Positions 1 to 7,975 of a stretch of DNA of 25,075 nucleotides are shown here, one piece after another. Positions within the stretch are counted from its first letter, which is position 1. Each line of letters opens with the position of its first letter. The notes under the pieces are model-generated. The model was not told the DNA's origin and did no database searches. It worked only from the letters and a program-made list of their open reading frames with translations. Location: the IMG/VR virus record IMGVR_UViG_3300026931_000018, positions 1 to 25,075 of that record. One strand, given 5' to 3'. The DNA comes from a virus. Taxonomy: Duplodnaviria > Caudoviricetes. Position numbers and translations under genes: made by a program.

Positions 1-74
1 GTAAGTAAGTTTCCTATTTCGGAAGCAGTAAACTTTCCCAGCCTACTGCTCATCCAATTGTCTTGTTCAAACAT
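1..74 (-). CDS. YqaJ/lambda-type exonuclease, N-terminal part (runs off the window edge)
   Basis: Own translation from ATG at 74, which overlaps the ERF stop as TAATG: MFEQDNWMSSRLGKFTASEIGNLL. W-x3-R-x-G-x-FTAS is the typical N-terminal motif of YqaJ/lambda exonucleases, and the gene is adjacent to ERF. Confidence 0.75.
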   Translation of the reverse strand, partial: MFEQDNWMSSRLGKFTASEIGNLL

Positions 75-589
75 TATTTTAAAGATTTTTTGCGATTAGT
101 GAATAAAGTTTTTTCTGCATTACTCCAATCTTCTTTTGTAGAGTATAGCATTTGTAATTCTGTAATATCTTTACATTTAGCAAGTTTATTAATTAATTCG
201 GCATCAATGCCAGGCTTTACTTGTTCGCCAGAAGCATCAGTATCTTTATCAGTTACAAGCCCAAGAGCAGAACTTAAAGCATATCTACGCATATAAGTAA
301 TAGCAGAGCCAAGCACTTGAAAGTCATTCATTTTAGATAATTGAACTCCTTGAGGAATTTCAAATACACTCTCTAAACACTCCCCACTTTCTACATGGAA
401 TATAATTGTTTTTAAAGCAGTACCTTGACCTACTTGAGTAAAACCTAATCCATGCTTTGCCATTAATGGATTAATAATTGAAAAAATAGCTGGTAAATCT
501 GCATAAGAATAACCATAGCCTTGAGTGCCTTTGTGAATTACCGGCACTTCTTGTTGGAATGCTGCAATAGCAGTGTAAAGTTTGTTCAT
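74..589 (-). CDS. erf: ERF-family single-strand annealing recombinase
   Basis: Motifs YxYADL and GSAITYMRRYALSSALGL..DxD are the ERF superfamily signature. Confidence 0.9.
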   Translation of the reverse strand: MNKLYTAIAAFQQEVPVIHKGTQGYGYSYADLPAIFSIINPLMAKHGLGFTQVGQGTALKTIIFHVESGECLESVFEIPQGVQLSKMNDFQVLGSAITYMRRYALSSALGLVTDKDTDASGEQVKPGIDAELINKLAKCKDITELQMLYSTKEDWSNAEKTLFTNRKKSLK

Positions 590-627
590 AGTTGTAGTGG
601 CTTTTATAACTCCGGCCAGAAGTTTAA

Positions 628-658
628 CAAAGGTAAATAAAGTTTTTTAATTAACAAA
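628..658 (-). promoter_or_regulatory. Bacteroidota primary-sigma promoter for erf-exo
   Basis: Minus strand reads TTTG (658-655), a 19-nt spacer, then TACCTTTG (635-628), an exact match to the -33 TTTG / -7 TAnnTTTG consensus. It is intergenic, about 40 nt upstream of the erf ATG. Confidence 0.85.
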
Positions 659-664
659 ATTTCT

Positions 665-1012
665 TTATAAAATAATATCCGAGTACAAATCCTTTTGCAA
701 TTCTATAAGCCTAATAGCATGAATAACAGTAGTATGATCCTTTCCAAATATAGCACCTACTTCCATTAAAGTGAAGCCGGTTTGATATAGTTTATACATT
801 AACACCATTCTCGGAAGTACTATACTTCGCTTTCTGCTTCTGCTCATAATATCCTCGTAACTTATGTTGTAGTCCTTGCATACAGTTGTTATTGCAGTTT
901 TTATTACCTGGTCTTTGTTAGCCTTTAGATTGTTTCTTAATTCCTTAATTTGAGTTCTTAATTTAATTAACTCGTGGCTCTTCAATTTTAACTCCTTCGG
1001 TGTTGTCTGCAT
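665..1012 (-). CDS. DnaA C-terminal (domain IV)-like HTH protein with N-terminal coiled coil
   Basis: SRSRKRSIVLPRMVLMY...TLMEVGAIFGKDHTTVIHA matches the DnaA domain IV signature (R..DHTTV.HA). No AAA+ domain is present. Confidence 0.85.
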   Translation of the reverse strand: MQTTPKELKLKSHELIKLRTQIKELRNNLKANKDQVIKTAITTVCKDYNISYEDIMSRSRKRSIVLPRMVLMYKLYQTGFTLMEVGAIFGKDHTTVIHAIRLIELQKDLYSDIIL

Positions 1013-1160
1013 AATAAATGGATAGTTTTATATTTTCTTGTTTACATTTTAATTTCAAATCTACATAAAAATCATGTAGCATATTGTCTATTTCTTCGGA
1101 TTTTAGAGATGCTTCAAATATTGTAGCTATTTCCTCTAATCTTGATAATCTTCTATCCAT
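963..1160 (-). CDS. hypothetical protein
   Basis: 65-aa ORF tiling the co-oriented early operon. Confidence 0.55.
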   Translation of the reverse strand: MDRRLSRLEEIATIFEASLKSEEIDNMLHDFYVDLKLKCKQENIKLSIYYADNTEGVKIEEPRVN

Positions 1161-1368
1161 TGTAATTCATTAAAAGGTCATTAATTTCAGCTATAAGCAA
1201 GTTGTATCTTCTATCCCCTAATAATTCGTAAGGATCAATACCGAATATAGCTAATTCCTCAATAATGTAATGAGCTTGAATACCTGGATGCTCAAGTGTT
1301 TGTTTTTCTTCTGGCTGATAGTAAGCACTAAAAGTTACCGGAAAGCCTTTGTAAGTAATTTGTTGCAT
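1153..1368 (-). CDS. hypothetical phage protein
   Basis: 71-aa ORF with a TAA-CT-ATG junction to the upstream gene. Confidence 0.7.
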   Translation of the reverse strand: MQQITYKGFPVTFSAYYQPEEKQTLEHPGIQAHYIIEELAIFGIDPYELLGDRRYNLLIAEINDLLMNYNG

Positions 1369-1370
1369 AG

Positions 1371-1640
1371 TTATTGGTTTAAAATGTTAAAGAATTTATT
1401 GATTTCTCTATGTGGTAAGCCCTCTAAATATTGAGGAGTAAATAAGCTCAAGCATTCATTAAGCAAGTGCTCTCTGTTATAGTTGTGCATTATAACCAGA
1501 TTAAGAATACGGAATTTAATATCAAATTTTGTTTGCTTTGCTTTTAACCATACCTCTTCCGACTCGCTATACATATAGGAATAGTCATGATATCTTAAAT
1601 CTTTTAATAAATCTTTGTGGAGTTGTTCTTTAGTGTACAT
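1371..1640 (-). CDS. hypothetical protein (start revised to MYTKEQL)
   Basis: ATG at 1640 sits in the AACTATG context shared with neighbouring genes and avoids overlap. The protein contains HDYSYMYSE. Confidence 0.7.
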   Translation of the reverse strand: MYTKEQLHKDLLKDLRYHDYSYMYSESEEVWLKAKQTKFDIKFRILNLVIMHNYNREHLLNECLSLFTPQYLEGLPHREINKFFNILNQ

Positions 1641-1651
1641 AGTTGTATATT

Positions 1652-1900
1652 TTAAAAGCAATCAATATATTTATCTACTTCTGCAAAATAATCATATCTT
1701 TTATTCCCTTTTTTATTGTCAAAGTTTTCCTCTAATTCTTCCATTATTTCTAATGTTATCCATTTCGCACATTCTTTAGCTTGTTCAAAAGTTAATGAAG
1801 TTCTTAATTTTTCACTTTGCATTAAAAGGTGTATTATAGTTTTTGCATGGTCAAATGCAGCTTGTTGCTCTTTTGGTGTTAATTGTGTTTTAGTGTACAT
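1652..1900 (-). CDS. hypothetical phage protein
   Basis: 82-aa ORF (TPKE...AKECA) with a TAA-CT-ATG junction. Confidence 0.7.
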   Translation of the reverse strand: MYTKTQLTPKEQQAAFDHAKTIIHLLMQSEKLRTSLTFEQAKECAKWITLEIMEELEENFDNKKGNKRYDYFAEVDKYIDCF

Positions 1901-1902
1901 AG

Positions 1903-2139
1903 TTATTTAGTTGAATTACGATAAGCAGTTATTAATTTAATACAATCTTCATACCAATCATGGTTTCTATCGGAGTATGGTTTATTAGGCAATCTCAAGT
2001 TAAATATTGCAGTTTTATAAACCCATTTTCTATGTATAGGATTTATAATATCAGTATCTCTTAAAATAGTTAATAGCAACCAAGCTAAATACTTGTTAGT
2101 TGGTTTAGTTTCTACCATCCAGTTAGTTAAGCTCTCCAT
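1903..2139 (-). CDS. hypothetical protein
   Basis: 78-aa ORF, TAATG-coupled to the upstream gene. Confidence 0.65.
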   Translation of the reverse strand: MESLTNWMVETKPTNKYLAWLLLTILRDTDIINPIHRKWVYKTAIFNLRLPNKPYSDRNHDWYEDCIKLITAYRNSTK

Positions 2140-2276
2140 TATTTTTTGTTTTGTGCGTTTAAAAATACCACAACAGTAAAGTAAGTCGCAGCTACTAAAA
2201 GAATACCAAGAATAATGTGATCTTGTTGAATTAAGCCAAGTGAAATGGCAGTTGAAAGGATTGTTAATTTGTTCAT
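2139..2276 (-). CDS. small membrane protein, first early gene (45 aa, start revised to MNKLTIL)
   Basis: ATG at 2276 is in AACTATG context downstream of a promoter element. Hydrophobic segment IILGILLVAATYFTVVVFL followed by a basic tail. Confidence 0.65.
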   Translation of the reverse strand: MNKLTILSTAISLGLIQQDHIILGILLVAATYFTVVVFLNAQNKK

Positions 2277-2315
2277 AGTTTTTGTTTTAACCTCTGCATC
2301 ATTGCTTCGGTAGAA

Positions 2316-2349
2316 CAAAGATAAACAAACTATTTCAATAATTAACATT
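2316..2349 (-). promoter_or_regulatory. Bacteroidota-type early promoter
   Basis: TATCTTTG (2323-2316) matches the -7 TAnnTTTG element 40 nt upstream of ATG 2276, close to the offset of the erf promoter. The -33 element is poor, but TGTTAATTA upstream is shared with the erf promoter. Confidence 0.65.
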
Positions 2350-2487
2350 TTTTGTCAATTATTTTTTAAAGTTTTTCTAAATTATTCTAAATTAATGGTT
2401 TATAAAACTAACTTTTGGCAAAATTCATGCAATTATTTGTAGAATTGTTACTAACTTGTCCATTTTATTAGTTAAAAAAGTGGACTA

Positions 2488-2548
2488 TTATATCTTATTG
2501 AATATAGTATTAACTAAAACAAGCCTTTTATATCTAAATGAATATAGT
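2488..2548. repeat. 21-bp direct repeat x2, 40-bp period
   Basis: ttatatcttattgaatatagt (2488-2508) vs ttatatctaaatgaatatagt (2528-2548), 19/21 identical. Confidence 0.8.
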
Positions 2549-2775
2549 TAATCATCGAAGAGCTCAAAGTATGTTTCATTAACAAACTTCTCAACGATAC
2601 GTAATGATTTAGCTTTGATATTGTCTATAACTTCTCTATCATCTTTAGTCATAACATTAAGCTGCTCCATTGTAGCAAGAGCATAACAGAATGTGTTTAT
2701 GTATTCGGAAGCAGTAGTTTCATCTACTACCCATTCGATTTCTTGTTCCTGGTCCTCGTTTAACTCTTCAGCCAT
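2548..2775 (-). CDS. acidic hypothetical protein
   Basis: 75-aa Glu/Asp-rich ORF, last gene of the late block. Confidence 0.7.
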   Translation of the reverse strand: MAEELNEDQEQEIEWVVDETTASEYINTFCYALATMEQLNVMTKDDREVIDNIKAKSLRIVEKFVNETYFELFDD

Positions 2776-2777
2776 GA

Positions 2778-3761
2778 CTAAAGTATTTCGCCTTTGAATA
2801 TTCTTTTATTTTCTACTTTGAAATTTCCCTCTTTATCTACAATAACATGAGCAAACCCATGAGCATAATTGTTAGCAAATGGCACATAATCTGGATTTAA
2901 CTCACATAAGCAGCCGGTACTCCAAGTTGTAGTAATATCTCCACTTAAATTTGTTTCTGTATGTTCGCTTACTTTGTGAACGTGCCCAATTAAGATACTT
3001 TGCTTTGCCTTTACATAAGCTCCACGAGCAGCATTTACCGGACTAAAAGCACCACGCATCAATAAGTGTCCATGATGAATAAATAACTTACCAGCTTTAA
3101 CTAATTTAGTATCCTCAATTAAACGTATTTTAAGCTCATTTAAGCCAAGTATTGACTCCAATGAAGCATTAGCTATATCCAGTAATTCTGGAGCTTTAGC
3201 CATCATCCAATGATTAAAGCGAACATCGTGGTTGCCAAGCATCCAGTATATATCTTGAGTAGGGAATGTAGCTCTTAATACTTGTAAGAAGTTTTTACAA
3301 ACATCAATCTCGTAAGCCAAGCTCTTTTTTCTTGGATCTTTAAGAAAGCGACTAATTTGGTAGAAGTCAATTAAATCACCATTTATTACAATGGTATTAA
3401 CTTTCTTATCTCTTCCGTAATTAAAAGCACAAGTTAAAGCCTGGATATCGTGATAAGGAACATGAATATCGGATATAACGAGAATGTTGTTATTAGCCAA
3501 CGGAAGTTTAATAGGTATATTCTCTACTGCTTCGCTTTTAGGGAATTGGTATGGATTTTCTGGATTTAATGGCTCTGCATTCTTGTTATTCTTTCTTGTA
3601 GCTTCGCCACCTTTACCAAGTGCCTTATTGCATTGACTGTAGCAGCTTGTTAAGTCATTGAATAGTTGTTTATGTTTATTATAAACTATCCTTGAGAATT
3701 GCCTTACCGGAGTATTAGGGAACTCTTGTCTTAATTCAATAATGATTTGTTTTTTTGTCAT
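2778..3761 (-). CDS. calcineurin-like metallophosphoesterase
   Basis: All five motifs are present: SDIH, GDLID, GNHD, HHGH, GHVH. Confidence 0.9.
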   Translation of the reverse strand: MTKKQIIIELRQEFPNTPVRQFSRIVYNKHKQLFNDLTSCYSQCNKALGKGGEATRKNNKNAEPLNPENPYQFPKSEAVENIPIKLPLANNNILVISDIHVPYHDIQALTCAFNYGRDKKVNTIVINGDLIDFYQISRFLKDPRKKSLAYEIDVCKNFLQVLRATFPTQDIYWMLGNHDVRFNHWMMAKAPELLDIANASLESILGLNELKIRLIEDTKLVKAGKLFIHHGHLLMRGAFSPVNAARGAYVKAKQSILIGHVHKVSEHTETNLSGDITTTWSTGCLCELNPDYVPFANNYAHGFAHVIVDKEGNFKVENKRIFKGEIL

Positions 3762-3770
3762 CGTAGTTAT

Positions 3771-4214
3771 TTATGAAAAGTATAAATTTGCTTCTGCATT
3801 TCTCCTTTTAACCAAGCCATTCAATACCTTTCCGTTTGCTCGTGTCCACTTCTCAAATTCTGTTCGTATTGTTTTGTCTTTAGGATCAGCATTTACTTTC
3901 TTTAATAAAGTAGAAGTTTTTAAGTTTCCTACTCCACAGTTATATGCAAAATCAGTTAAAGCATCTTTTTGATTTTGATTTATGTTGGATTTTACTAACT
4001 CTACTACTTGCTGAACAAACTTAATGAGTATTATTTCCAACAATTGCTCTGCTCTTTCTAAAGTTATTATATCGTTTTCTTTGACTGCTTTGCCATTCTC
4101 ATATTGAGTATTCCCATAACCAATGGTCCAGATACCAGCCGGACATTTATAAGCCTTTAATTCACAACCCTCAAATTCTTTAACTAACTCTTTTAATTTG
4201 TTAGATATTACCAT
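3771..4214 (-). CDS. endolysin, GH24 (T4/P21-type) lysozyme
   Basis: FEGCELKAYKCPAGIWTIGYG gives an E-X8-C-X5-T catalytic triad; also FAYNCG and GLVKRRNAE. Confidence 0.95.
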   Translation of the reverse strand: MVISNKLKELVKEFEGCELKAYKCPAGIWTIGYGNTQYENGKAVKENDIITLERAEQLLEIILIKFVQQVVELVKSNINQNQKDALTDFAYNCGVGNLKTSTLLKKVNADPKDKTIRTEFEKWTRANGKVLNGLVKRRNAEANLYFS

Positions 4215-4663
4215 ATAAGTTTTTTAAGAAGTACCAATACAACCGAAAAGACAAACATTATATACAAAATAGTCCTTAATGTTTTTAACTTGCTATTAGC
4301 GACAATTAGAGCCTCATTAGAAGCCTTTAATTTACTTTCCAATACAAATAGTTTGGAAGTATTTTCAAGCCTTATAATGCTATCCTTTTTTATTGTTTTA
4401 GTTATTGTCTTACCTGGAAGATAAACGAAGCGAATAACCTCGTTATTGATTATGCTATCCTTTGTGATAGTATCTAAATTTAAAATAGTATCTAACTTAA
4501 TTACTTCCCTTACTTCAATTGTTTCCTTATTTGGAAACTTATCAGCACAATTTTGAGCTATTAGAGTAGGGAATTTATTTTGAATTAACGCCAACTGCTT
4601 AACCGATTTCTTTTCAGTCAAACATGAGGATAAAATGATTGTTAGTAGTAGTATATATTTCAT
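4208..4663 (-). CDS. putative unimolecular spanin
   Basis: N-terminal lipoprotein signal MKYILLLTIILSS-C plus C-terminal TM segment ILYIMFVFSVVLVLL-KK, adjacent to the endolysin. Confidence 0.7.
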   Translation of the reverse strand: MKYILLLTIILSSCLTEKKSVKQLALIQNKFPTLIAQNCADKFPNKETIEVREVIKLDTILNLDTITKDSIINNEVIRFVYLPGKTITKTIKKDSIIRLENTSKLFVLESKLKASNEALIVANSKLKTLRTILYIMFVFSVVLVLLKKLIW

Positions 4664-4840
4664 TTAATCTTTTTTAAACTTTTCAGCGACCGAGCCACCT
4701 ATTCCAATGAGCACTATCATTAAACAAGCATCTATAATGGAAGAACTTTCATGAGAAAACAACTTAGTGAACAAGCATAAACTTCCAATGAGTGCCAAAA
4801 CTCTTTTAAGCGACCATTTGCCATCTTTATCTTTTAACAT
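4664..4840 (-). CDS. holin-like two-TM membrane protein (58 aa, absent from the ORF track)
   Basis: Own translation: MLKDKDGKWSLKRVLALIGSLCLFTKLFSHESSSIIDACLMIVLIGIGGSVAEKFKKD. It fills the gap exactly, and its stop abuts the spanin ATG. Confidence 0.7.
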   Translation of the reverse strand: MLKDKDGKWSLKRVLALIGSLCLFTKLFSHESSSIIDACLMIVLIGIGGSVAEKFKKD

Positions 4841-5015
4841 TTTTACCTTTTAAATTCTTTTTAATTTGAATTATATAGTTAGCAATAGCCAATAAAGAAA
4901 CGATAACACCTAAAATAAAGGTAATATCACTCTTTGTCAAGTTAGCTGCTACATTTAATACTAATGAAGATACTAATAAAATATTATTATTGTGATGCTG
5001 ATTTTCTACAAACAT
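4827..5015 (-). CDS. holin/antiholin-like membrane protein
   Basis: 62 aa with 1-2 hydrophobic helices and a basic C-terminus, in the lysis cassette. Confidence 0.6.
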   Translation of the reverse strand: MFVENQHHNNNILLVSSLVLNVAANLTKSDITFILGVIVSLLAIANYIIQIKKNLKGKNVKR

Positions 5016-5017
5016 TT

Positions 5018-5284
5018 CTATTTAGTTGGGAATGGTGGAGCTGGTTTAGGTTGATACTCAATCGGAGTAACATTTACATAGTGGCATACTTGTTCTCCAT
5101 CTACTTCTTCGCATTGTTGCTCTGCTAAATAAAGAAACTCTGGATATACTATTCCGTTTAATTCCTCTATTGATATAACCCAGTTGTCAAGTATATCTTG
5201 AATACTGTTAAAGTAGCAATCTGGTGCGTAGGCTTTGCCTTGTATCTTTTCTTTGTCTGTTAAGGATATTTTATAAACTATCAT
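5018..5284 (-). CDS. hypothetical protein (fibre-associated)
   Basis: 88-aa ORF directly after the fibre-like gene, with a Pro-rich C-terminus. Confidence 0.65.
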   Translation of the reverse strand: MIVYKISLTDKEKIQGKAYAPDCYFNSIQDILDNWVISIEELNGIVYPEFLYLAEQQCEEVDGEQVCHYVNVTPIEYQPKPAPPFPTK

Positions 5285-5286
5285 AA

Positions 5287-6627
5287 TTATACGTTTCTTG
5301 AAAGTGTTGTTTGGAAGTCAGTTATAAGTTGGTTTAACAAAGCTATTTCAGCACTTGACAATCCATCACCTATTGATGAAAATGCACATTGTTTATTATC
5401 ATATTCAAATACAACCCCATTATTGTTATATGCACTCAAATATAAATTAACATTTGGAGTCCCATTTAAGCCTAAACCACTTTGAGAAGTTGGAGTTAAA
5501 GATGTACTATTTTTATAAAGTTCTCTTGTTGTTGAATTTGGAGCATTTGCTACAAATAACCCTCTTGAGTCAGTAACTAAAAATTGTGATAAACCTTTAG
5601 TCGCACTACCAATTATAGTGAAAGCAATATTACTTGTCCTTCTTATAATTAATCTTAAATTATCTGTTGCACTATCAGCTCCCATTGTAGAGCTTGAAGC
5701 TACTGCGGAGTCAGTTCTTGAATAATAAGATAAATGTATATTGTTTGCACTCAAATTTGCACTCGGCACTAACTTCGTATCAGCATACCCATTCGTACCA
5801 TTCGGTTGAGCACCATTTGTAGAGTAAGTCCAACCTCCAGACCAAGTTAAACGGAATGCTGCATCTAAATCTCTTGCATCTTTAAGATTGTACTTCATTT
5901 GAGAAGCCATAAATGCAGCTGGAGTAGTTAGAATAGGTTGGTAAGTAGAAGCAGTTGAGCCAAGTTCAAGTTGATTCCCATAAACATAAATACCACTTGT
6001 TCCATTGCCAGTATAATTACCACTATCTGCACCATTCAAACTTAAACTTATATAATATTGATTACCACCACTTATAGCATTGTTACTTACTACGCATCTA
6101 TACCAACCATTACCTATGTTAGTAATACTTCCAGTTCTACCTCCAGATGCAGTACCTACAACACCATTAACTAAATCAAAATAAACGCCCCCTCCATTAT
6201 CGGATAACCAAGCCCATTGTCTGCCATTTGATTTTAAATAACAAGAATAAGTTGATAAAGCAGTTGTTGCTACAACACCACTATACATAACGTGATATCC
6301 AGATGATGAATTTTCAGTCATTAAATACGCAGTATTAGCACCAAATGGATTAGCTACATTTTGAGTTAAAGTCAAATTATTTTTGCCCCAATATGCATTT
6401 GAAGTGTCTTGAGTATAACTAAACAAATTTCTATTATCAGTAACCATTGGATATACTGCTTTCATCTTACTCCATAAGCCAGAACTCTTTAAGTCCTTTA
6501 CTAAAGTAGTAATAGCAGATTTTTGTGTTGTACCACTCAATCCAGTAGCAGTAATAAAAGCAGATGCATCCGAGTCCACCCCAGATGCAAATACCCTATT
6601 AATTGTATTTTTTATTATGTTCAGCAT
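5287..6627 (-). CDS. virion fibre/receptor-binding-like protein with lectin-like (LamG/CBM) domains
   Basis: 446 aa rich in G/S/T/N; contains an NL..(W)..GWYRC..G.QLE.GS.AS.YQP module; lies at the end of the structural block. Confidence 0.6.
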   Translation of the reverse strand: MLNIIKNTINRVFASGVDSDASAFITATGLSGTTQKSAITTLVKDLKSSGLWSKMKAVYPMVTDNRNLFSYTQDTSNAYWGKNNLTLTQNVANPFGANTAYLMTENSSSGYHVMYSGVVATTALSTYSCYLKSNGRQWAWLSDNGGGVYFDLVNGVVGTASGGRTGSITNIGNGWYRCVVSNNAISGGNQYYISLSLNGADSGNYTGNGTSGIYVYGNQLELGSTASTYQPILTTPAAFMASQMKYNLKDARDLDAAFRLTWSGGWTYSTNGAQPNGTNGYADTKLVPSANLSANNIHLSYYSRTDSAVASSSTMGADSATDNLRLIIRRTSNIAFTIIGSATKGLSQFLVTDSRGLFVANAPNSTTRELYKNSTSLTPTSQSGLGLNGTPNVNLYLSAYNNNGVVFEYDNKQCAFSSIGDGLSSAEIALLNQLITDFQTTLSRNV

Positions 6628-6875
6628 TAGTATAAAGCGATTATATCAGAAGCAGTTGTGTTAGTAGACATTACTTTAATAACTTGGATAGGCATGAAAG
6701 TACCATTAGCCACATTCTTAAATGTGAATACTCCACCGTTACCCATAGTTACCGCAACATCTCCACCAGTTCCAATATAAAGACCACCAGTCAAATCAAG
6801 AACAGTACTATCGGATTTCGTTATACTTAACGCACCAGCTGCTTGATCATTCGTTTCTCTCTTAAAATTTGCCAT
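6627..6875 (-). CDS. small virion structural protein
   Basis: 82 aa, beta-rich (LYIGTGGDVAV...F.NV..G.F.P.Q...V..T.TTA.DI.ALY); preceded by the CCTATTTA motif. Confidence 0.65.
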   Translation of the reverse strand: MANFKRETNDQAAGALSITKSDSTVLDLTGGLYIGTGGDVAVTMGNGGVFTFKNVANGTFMPIQVIKVMSTNTTASDIIALY

Positions 6876-6887
6876 TGTATTTTATTT

Positions 6888-6895
6888 TAAATAGG
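6888..6895 (-). promoter_or_regulatory. putative late promoter motif CCTATTTA
   Basis: Lies in a 21-nt intergenic gap. The 15-mer tttattttaaatagg (6881-6895) is identical to 19624-19638. Confidence 0.55.
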
Positions 6896-6896
6896 A

Positions 6897-7316
6897 TTAA
6901 TTAGGAATTTGACACTCGTTATATACAAAATCTACACCCAAAGTAAAGCTAAATCTTGCCCCACCTAAATAGTCCGGAGTTTGCTCTTCAACCACATCAA
7001 AAGAAACATCGCCTAAACGAATTTCTTGATTGTATTTTAAAGCTGAAAGTATATCCCCACCTATTTGAATGCAGTCACTTTTTACATCCTCTACATTGGT
7101 TTGGTCTTGTAAGGTTTTATCCAAAGTAAATAACTCAACATTAAAAGTCATCACATTGCCACTTATAGAGCCATTAGCAATGTTAAAAAACATAGCTGGA
7201 TAGTTATTATCCCCTTGCTCTAAAAAGTCAAACGTGTCTCCGAAAAAAACTGTTTTGACTTGCTTATGACTTTCCCCTAACGAGCTTATTGTTTGTATTA
7301 CTTGGTTTAGTGTCAT
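6897..7316 (-). CDS. putative tail terminator/completion protein (start revised to MTLNQ)
   Basis: About 139 aa, acidic, with YP.. and ..GG..F motifs; follows the adaptor gene. Call is by position. Confidence 0.55.
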   Translation of the reverse strand: MTLNQVIQTISSLGESHKQVKTVFFGDTFDFLEQGDNNYPAMFFNIANGSISGNVMTFNVELFTLDKTLQDQTNVEDVKSDCIQIGGDILSALKYNQEIRLGDVSFDVVEEQTPDYLGGARFSFTLGVDFVYNECQIPN

Positions 7317-7383
7317 TTTTTTCAATTTTAGCCAAGAAGAGTTTTAACTTCTCAACATTTTTATTGTTATAATTTTTTGCCAT
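7264..7383 (-). CDS. small basic hypothetical protein (39 aa, absent from the ORF track)
   Basis: TAATG-coupled to the adaptor gene: MAKNYNNKNVEKLKLFLAKIEKNDTKPSNTNNKLVRGKS. Its 3' end overlaps the next gene. Confidence 0.5.
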   Translation of the reverse strand: MAKNYNNKNVEKLKLFLAKIEKNDTKPSNTNNKLVRGKS

Positions 7384-7973
7384 TAGCAATCGTTGCAGTT
7401 TCTAAATATGTTGCCTTGATACTTCTCTTCAAACGTTCTTTTTCTATCGTAACAATCATCTAAAAATATAGAACTTGTATAAGCATCATTATCCGGTAGT
7501 ATCGTTTCAATCGTGCTTCCTGGATTAATATACAAAGGTAAGTTACCTATTGAAGCTTGGTATTTTAAATAATTGATTAATCTCTCTTTGTAGAACTCTG
7601 CTCTTGTTTTGTATCTTGCTGAAATATCTAACAAATCTTGCATTGATGGTTGAGTAGTATTATCTCCCGTTTTTTGTACTGTACCTTTCGTGTACATTTG
7701 GAAGTTTAATTCTACACTTAACTCGCTTAATACATAATATACCAAAGTGTCTGCAATGTAATCGTTGATTAAAGTAACCTCTGCCGAAGTTAAGTTATTA
7801 GATTGAATACCAGTAAGAATGCGATTATAAAGAGCAGTACCAAGAGCCGGATGTATGTACATATCTTGGCTCGTTTTGATTTCTGGATAAAGTAGTTTCT
7901 CATCTACGTTACCAGCTAAACCACTACGCTCTTTTATTGAATTAGGACTAATTATAAGTATGTTCTTGCTCAT
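7383..7973 (-). CDS. putative head-tail adaptor/connector
   Basis: 196 aa directly after the portal gene; GNVD..L...I..SQD..I...LGT.LY pattern. Confidence 0.55.
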   Translation of the reverse strand: MSKNILIISPNSIKERSGLAGNVDEKLLYPEIKTSQDMYIHPALGTALYNRILTGIQSNNLTSAEVTLINDYIADTLVYYVLSELSVELNFQMYTKGTVQKTGDNTTQPSMQDLLDISARYKTRAEFYKERLINYLKYQASIGNLPLYINPGSTIETILPDNDAYTSSIFLDDCYDRKRTFEEKYQGNIFRNCNDC

Positions 7974-7975
7974 TT

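Noticed and set aside
7314-7325. Possible frameshift at GAAAAAAATG joining the 39-aa ORF to the tail terminator gene
   Set aside because: The downstream gene has its own ATG in an A-rich context, and there is no other support.
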